A DNA stretch of 27,718 nt from the NCBI GenBank assembly GCA_039933675.1, contig JBDTNS010000001.1, forward strand, positions 1 to 27,718, in the 5' to 3' direction. Each line of letters opens with the position of its first letter. The stretch's first letter is position 1. Below the pieces are notes generated by a model, which was not told where the DNA came from, did not search any database, and saw only the letters and a list, made by a program, of their open reading frames with translations. The position numbers and the translations under genes are program-made. This document shows, piece by piece, positions 23,828 through 27,718 of this stretch. The stretch is from Chloroflexota bacterium. GTDB taxonomy: Bacteria; Chloroflexota; Limnocylindria; Limnocylindrales; CSP1-4.

Positions 23828-26050
23828 CTACCTGGCGACGACCGGCCCAGCAACTGCCGACCTCGGACTCTCGCCGACGGTGTTGACCGCGCTCACCGCG
23901 TAGTAGTACGAGGTGCCCCGGATCGTCGACGCGTCCTTGTAGCCCGTTACGTTGGCCGTCGCTACCAGGAACGTGAGCGAGGCCGCGGTGGTGCCGCGGT
24001 AGACCCGGTACCCGGTGACGGCGCTCCCCCCATCGTTGGCCGGTGCCGACCAGCTGACCTGGACGCCCTTGCCTTTCGCCGGGTTCGCGGTGACGCTCTG
24101 CGGCTCGGAGGGCGCCGTCGCGGTCGAGGGCGCCGTGACCACAAGGTCGACCGATGTCGTGTGGGTCACCCCTGAGCTCGTCCCGCTGATGGTGATCGGG
24201 TAGGACCCAGGCGTGGTGCTTCCTGATGTCGTGATCGTCAGGACCGAACTCGATGATGTCGGGTTCTGTGAGAACGAGCCCAACCCTCCGGCCGGCACGC
24301 CAGTCGCCGACAGCGCGACCGGCTCAGCCCCGCCGGTCGGTACGACGGTGACCGTGTACTGGCCGTTCGCGCCTGCCGTCACGGTCTGCGCGGCTGGTGA
24401 CGCGCTGATCGTGAAGTCGGGCGCCACGGTCGAGCCACAATTCGGGAACCGGAACGAGGTGATCCAGGTGCTCCAGTTCCAGGTCCCGCTCGACTTGAGA
24501 TATTCGGTCGTGTACCAGAACGTGCAATCGTCCACGGGGTCGACCGTCATCGCGCTGTAGTCGCCCCAGCGACTCAGATTCTGGAGCTGCGACCCGGATC
24601 CGGCCTTGGCCACCGTCTCGGTTTCCATGGTGTTGAGTGGATCGCTCGGCGTCCGTCCGGTGTAGCGGATCGACGGATAGACCGATGCGTTCGCCGCGCT
24701 GTAGCCGAGCGCGATATCGCCGGCCTGATCCATGGCCCCGCTCGCCATCCAGCGGTGGACGCCGTCCGCCGTACCGAGCGTGCCCTGCTGATAGACCACC
24801 GGCGTGCCGCTGCCGATCGTCGAACCGCTCGCGTTTCGCAGCTCGTACCAACGAACCGAGCTCACGCCTGAGTTGAACAGGCCCCCACCCACCGCGACCG
24901 AGTGGTTGACGACCAGCGACTCATGCCCGTCCGCGGCGAAGCGGCGGTAGGCCAGGCGGTACATCAGTCGATCGCCGAGCGAGTCGAGCTTCTGCCTGGT
25001 ACCCGGCTGCGGGATGCAGTTGCTTCCGTTGCACGCCCGCGCGAACGACGCGACGGGGATCGAGATCGGGCCTTGCAGCGAGGTCGAAGACGGCGCCGCC
25101 CAGTCGACATGGAAGCGCCACAGGTTCAGGGCGTTCGCCCCGAAGTTGAGGATCGGGTTCGGCGCGCCGGTAGGCGGCAACGTCGATCCGTCGAGGTCAG
25201 CCGGCAGGAGGCCGCCGTAAGCACTGCTCAGCTGGAAGCACTGTTGGGTCGCCGGAGCTCCCGTTAGCATGCTCGAGCGGTCGTAGGCGCACACATTGGC
25301 GCCCTGGAACGTGCTGGTGAACATGTTGAACGTGATGTAGTAGGCGTCCGGCCAGACGGACAGCTTCGGGTAGTCGTTGAAGAGGGTGCTGCCATAGCTG
25401 AACGCATATCGGTAGTACGAGCCGGTCGCGTCGGATGTCGTCGAGACGGCGACGCACTGGAGGTACGGCGTGGTCGCGACCGAGAACTGGGTGAGGATCC
25501 AGCGATTCGCGATCTTGTCGTACTCCACGATCGGATCACCGTCGTTGTTGGCCTCGCACGCGCCGCCGAACCCGGCCCATAGGGCCTTGCCGGACTTCGG
25601 GAAGCCAGGCGCGATCGTGCCGGACTTGTCGAACACGGCGAGGTCGACATTGACCCACTGGACGTATTGGCTCGCCCCTACAGCACCGACGGTGTCCGGC
25701 GGCGCATATGCCGGTGAGAAGCCGTAATCGCCGTTCCCGATACCGGCAAAACCAGGTCCGCCTGCGGCGGTCAGCGGCCCACCGCTCGTCAGCTGGGTCG
25801 CGCCATCGGGCGTATTCGGGCCACTGCCCGGGCCAACCAGCTTCAGCGGGCGTTCACGAAGGTTCGCGGCCGAGGGCGACCTCGGGCCAGCTTCGCGCAA
25901 CGGCCCCGACTCGTCGTGGTGCACGGCCGCCGAGACGACGGCGCCATGAACGGTCGGCGGCGGCGAGCCGGCGGCGCCGGATGGACCGAGCGAGCTGATG
26001 AGGATCGCCGCCCCGACCGCGGCTCGAAGGACGAGTCGGACCCTGCGCAT
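23828..26050 (-). CDS. Large secreted protein: uncharacterised beta-rich catalytic-type domain plus Ig-like and fibronectin type III domains
   Basis: Signal peptide; motifs PPDTVGAVG, YVQWVN, GDPIVEYD, DYPKL, RWGDYS; C-terminal FN3 (VSWSAP...GYRVYR...YYYAVSAVNTVGES). Confidence 0.8.
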   Translation of the reverse strand: MRRVRLVLRAAVGAAILISSLGPSGAAGSPPPTVHGAVVSAAVHHDESGPLREAGPRSPSAANLRERPLKLVGPGSGPNTPDGATQLTSGGPLTAAGGPGFAGIGNGDYGFSPAYAPPDTVGAVGASQYVQWVNVDLAVFDKSGTIAPGFPKSGKALWAGFGGACEANNDGDPIVEYDKIANRWILTQFSVATTPYLQCVAVSTTSDATGSYYRYAFSYGSTLFNDYPKLSVWPDAYYITFNMFTSTFQGANVCAYDRSSMLTGAPATQQCFQLSSAYGGLLPADLDGSTLPPTGAPNPILNFGANALNLWRFHVDWAAPSSTSLQGPISIPVASFARACNGSNCIPQPGTRQKLDSLGDRLMYRLAYRRFAADGHESLVVNHSVAVGGGLFNSGVSSVRWYELRNASGSTIGSGTPVVYQQGTLGTADGVHRWMASGAMDQAGDIALGYSAANASVYPSIRYTGRTPSDPLNTMETETVAKAGSGSQLQNLSRWGDYSAMTVDPVDDCTFWYTTEYLKSSGTWNWSTWITSFRFPNCGSTVAPDFTISASPAAQTVTAGANGQYTVTVVPTGGAEPVALSATGVPAGGLGSFSQNPTSSSSVLTITTSGSTTPGSYPITISGTSSGVTHTTSVDLVVTAPSTATAPSEPQSVTANPAKGKGVQVSWSAPANDGGSAVTGYRVYRGTTAASLTFLVATANVTGYKDASTIRGTSYYYAVSAVNTVGESPRSAVAGPVVAR

Positions 26051-26203
26051 GCTGCCTCACTCCCCATGGTCGGACGGGTCAGTGGGACCCTCCCGCCATC
26101 CGCCGCGTTCGCCGACGCCCACCTTGCGTTTCGCGACCGTCGCTTGTCAAACTCATGCGGCAGGCAGTACCCAAGCCGCCCAGCATTCGAAGGAGGGCCA
26201 ACG

Positions 26204-26644
26204 ATGGGCGATCTCGATTTCGACCGCGACGAGCTCATGAAGCAGGGCCGTGGCAACCAGACGGCGATCTGGCACACGGCCGTCCGCTTTGCGAAGGAGC
26301 GCGATGGGTCGGTGGACGCCTGGGCATCATTCGTCGGTGCCCAGTTCGCGCCCAGCTGGGATCCGATGGGCGACCGACCATCGGCGCGCCGGGTCGCGCT
26401 GCAGTCGGCCCTGAACATGGCCACGACCGCCGACATGCGCCCGGTCGACATCACCGGCGATGACGATCGCGCCGAGCTCCTGCTCGACGGCCCGGAACAG
26501 GCCTGGCTCGACGATGCCGGGACCACGTGCGAGGACATCGACCGCACTAACGAGCTCGTCTTTCGCGCCATCGCCGAAGGGCGCGGGCTGACCCTGGATG
26601 TCCGGCGGGATCAGGCCGGCTTCCATCTGGTCTTCGCGAGGTAA
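26204..26644 (+). CDS. Hypothetical protein (146 aa)
   Basis: AAGGAGG upstream of ATG 26204; good codon usage; no motif recognised. Confidence 0.7.
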   Translation: MGDLDFDRDELMKQGRGNQTAIWHTAVRFAKERDGSVDAWASFVGAQFAPSWDPMGDRPSARRVALQSALNMATTADMRPVDITGDDDRAELLLDGPEQAWLDDAGTTCEDIDRTNELVFRAIAEGRGLTLDVRRDQAGFHLVFAR

Positions 26645-26804
26645 GCTTGCCGCCGCCTGCATGCCGGAGACACAGAAACGCCCGAAGGAACCGCCGGTCC
26701 GTAGTTAGCGCCGCTGACTTTGACATCTGCGACACTACTGTCGGTCTGGAGCCCCTTCGAGCAAGACCTACGATAGTGGACGGATCTCCGGCCTGGCTAC
26801 GGAC

Positions 26805-26855
26805 TTATCCACGAGTTTCCGGTGAGTCGTGGTGAGATTCGCGGGTTTGTCCACA
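26805..26855. promoter_or_regulatory. Two DnaA-box-like sites
   Basis: TTATCCACG (26805-26813) and TTGTCCACA (26847-26855), same orientation. Confidence 0.5.
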
Positions 26856-26873
26856 GCCCATCCCCAACCGCTC

Positions 26874-27446
26874 TCAGTCGAGCGCCAGCGGCCACGTTTC
26901 GGCGCCCGGCAGGAGCGGCAGACCGGCAGCGTCGATCTCGATCGCCTCGGCCTCCCCCGCCCCGTTCTCGCCAAGCGTCCAGCTGCCGGTTCCGGTCCGC
27001 GTCACCTCCCAGGTCCCAGCGCGCGGCTCGAGCGCGTCGTCGATCGCGACGACCGGGACCGGGCGGGTCTCCCCAACCGCGAGGATCTCGGCGAAGCGGC
27101 GGAGCGCGATGGCTGCCGCGGCCGGGGACCCCAGCACGACCAGCTCGTGCTCGAAGCTCCAATCGAAGCGCAGGTGCCGGACGCCCTCCGGCGTCACGAC
27201 GTTGCCGTGGAGCAGCCGACCGTCCTCATCGGGGTGGAGCGTCAGCAAACCGCTCGCGGTGGTCAGCTCGAGCCGCCGTGGCCCACCCCCGGGCGAGGCC
27301 TCGAGGAGGAGCGATCGGCCCAGTCCCCCACTCCGCGTGATCGACTCGCGCCAGCGCCGCCCGCGCAAGCCCTCGGCGACCGACCAGACGATGAAGGCCC
27401 CGTCCGGGCGCACGGCTCGCCCGCCGGTGCGAACCGGGTCGCTCAT
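26874..27446 (-). CDS. Hypothetical protein translationally coupled to hflX
   Basis: 190-aa ORF with ATGA overlap with the hflX stop codon; beta-rich. Confidence 0.75.
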   Translation of the reverse strand: MSDPVRTGGRAVRPDGAFIVWSVAEGLRGRRWRESITRSGGLGRSLLLEASPGGGPRRLELTTASGLLTLHPDEDGRLLHGNVVTPEGVRHLRFDWSFEHELVVLGSPAAAAIALRRFAEILAVGETRPVPVVAIDDALEPRAGTWEVTRTGTGSWTLGENGAGEAEAIEIDAAGLPLLPGAETWPLALD

Positions 27447-27718
27447 CCCTCGGCGCCGACCGATGCGGGTTCGTCGACTCCGGCGGCGGCCCAGCGCTCC
27501 GCGGCGGCCACCAGCTCGCCCGCCAGGGCCGGCGCCACGCGCCCCGTGATGTGGACGTCGCGATCACGGTATTCGAGCTCGATCGTGCCGCGCTCGCGCA
27601 CCCGGGCGAGCAGCTCGCCCGCCGCGTATGGCAGTGCGACGTCGACATCGATCCAGAGCGTGGCCAGGAGCGCCGCGATCTCCGCCCGGAGCGTGTCCAT
27701 CCCGTAGCCGGTGAGCGC
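27443..27718 (-). CDS. hflX: GTPase HflX, C-terminal part (gene starts beyond the right edge)
   Basis: ALTGYGMDTL (G5 region) followed by LPYAAGELLARVRERG...EY..., typical of the HflX C-terminal domain. Confidence 0.75.
   Translation of the reverse strand, partial: ALTGYGMDTLRAEIAALLATLWIDVDVALPYAAGELLARVRERGTIELEYRDRDVHITGRVAPALAGELVAAAERWAAAGVDEPASVGAEG

Noticed and set aside
26547-26735. 62-aa minus-strand ORF (MSKSAALTTDRRF...) after a TAGTGT box
   Set aside because: It overlaps the 3' end of a better-supported gene and is not protein-like; kept only as part of the intergenic finding.
26760-26780. Possible NrdR or LexA box
   Set aside because: Only the right half (TAGTGG) fits the NrdR consensus, and there is no GAAC-N4-GTTC.
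1-27718. CRISPR array, tRNA/rRNA, integrase, transposase, att sites or IS terminal repeats
   Set aside because: None was seen on either strand, so the region cannot be called a mobile element from this window.

Overview
High-GC bacterial chromosomal window (roughly two-thirds GC by eye). The gene content suggests Chloroflexota or an Actinomycetota-like lineage (inference only). It is an accessory, mosaic region that ends at the 3' end of the core gene hflX on the right. Left part: secreted and cell-envelope genes (a sortase-fold protein with Ser at the catalytic Cys position, a GH25/DUF1906-like hydrolase, and an AT3-SGNH O-acyltransferase followed by two more SGNH proteins), an AlkZ-like glycosylase, an ArsR-SRPBCC-hydrolase operon with a clear promoter and palindromic operator, and a cNMP-binding protein. 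The 15.9-23.2 kb block is rich in toxin-antitoxin and defence-type genes: MazE/F-like, Phd/VapC, a small helical protein plus nucleotidyltransferase pair, a DUF2075 nuclease-helicase, and relics of HNH, DUF4236 and RelE/ParE-like genes. About nine genes are broken by internal deletions, truncation against a neighbouring gene, or small indels; several of these are invisible in the ORF track. No tRNA, rRNA, CRISPR array, integrase or transposase was seen. All family assignments come from motif recognition by eye, not database searches.
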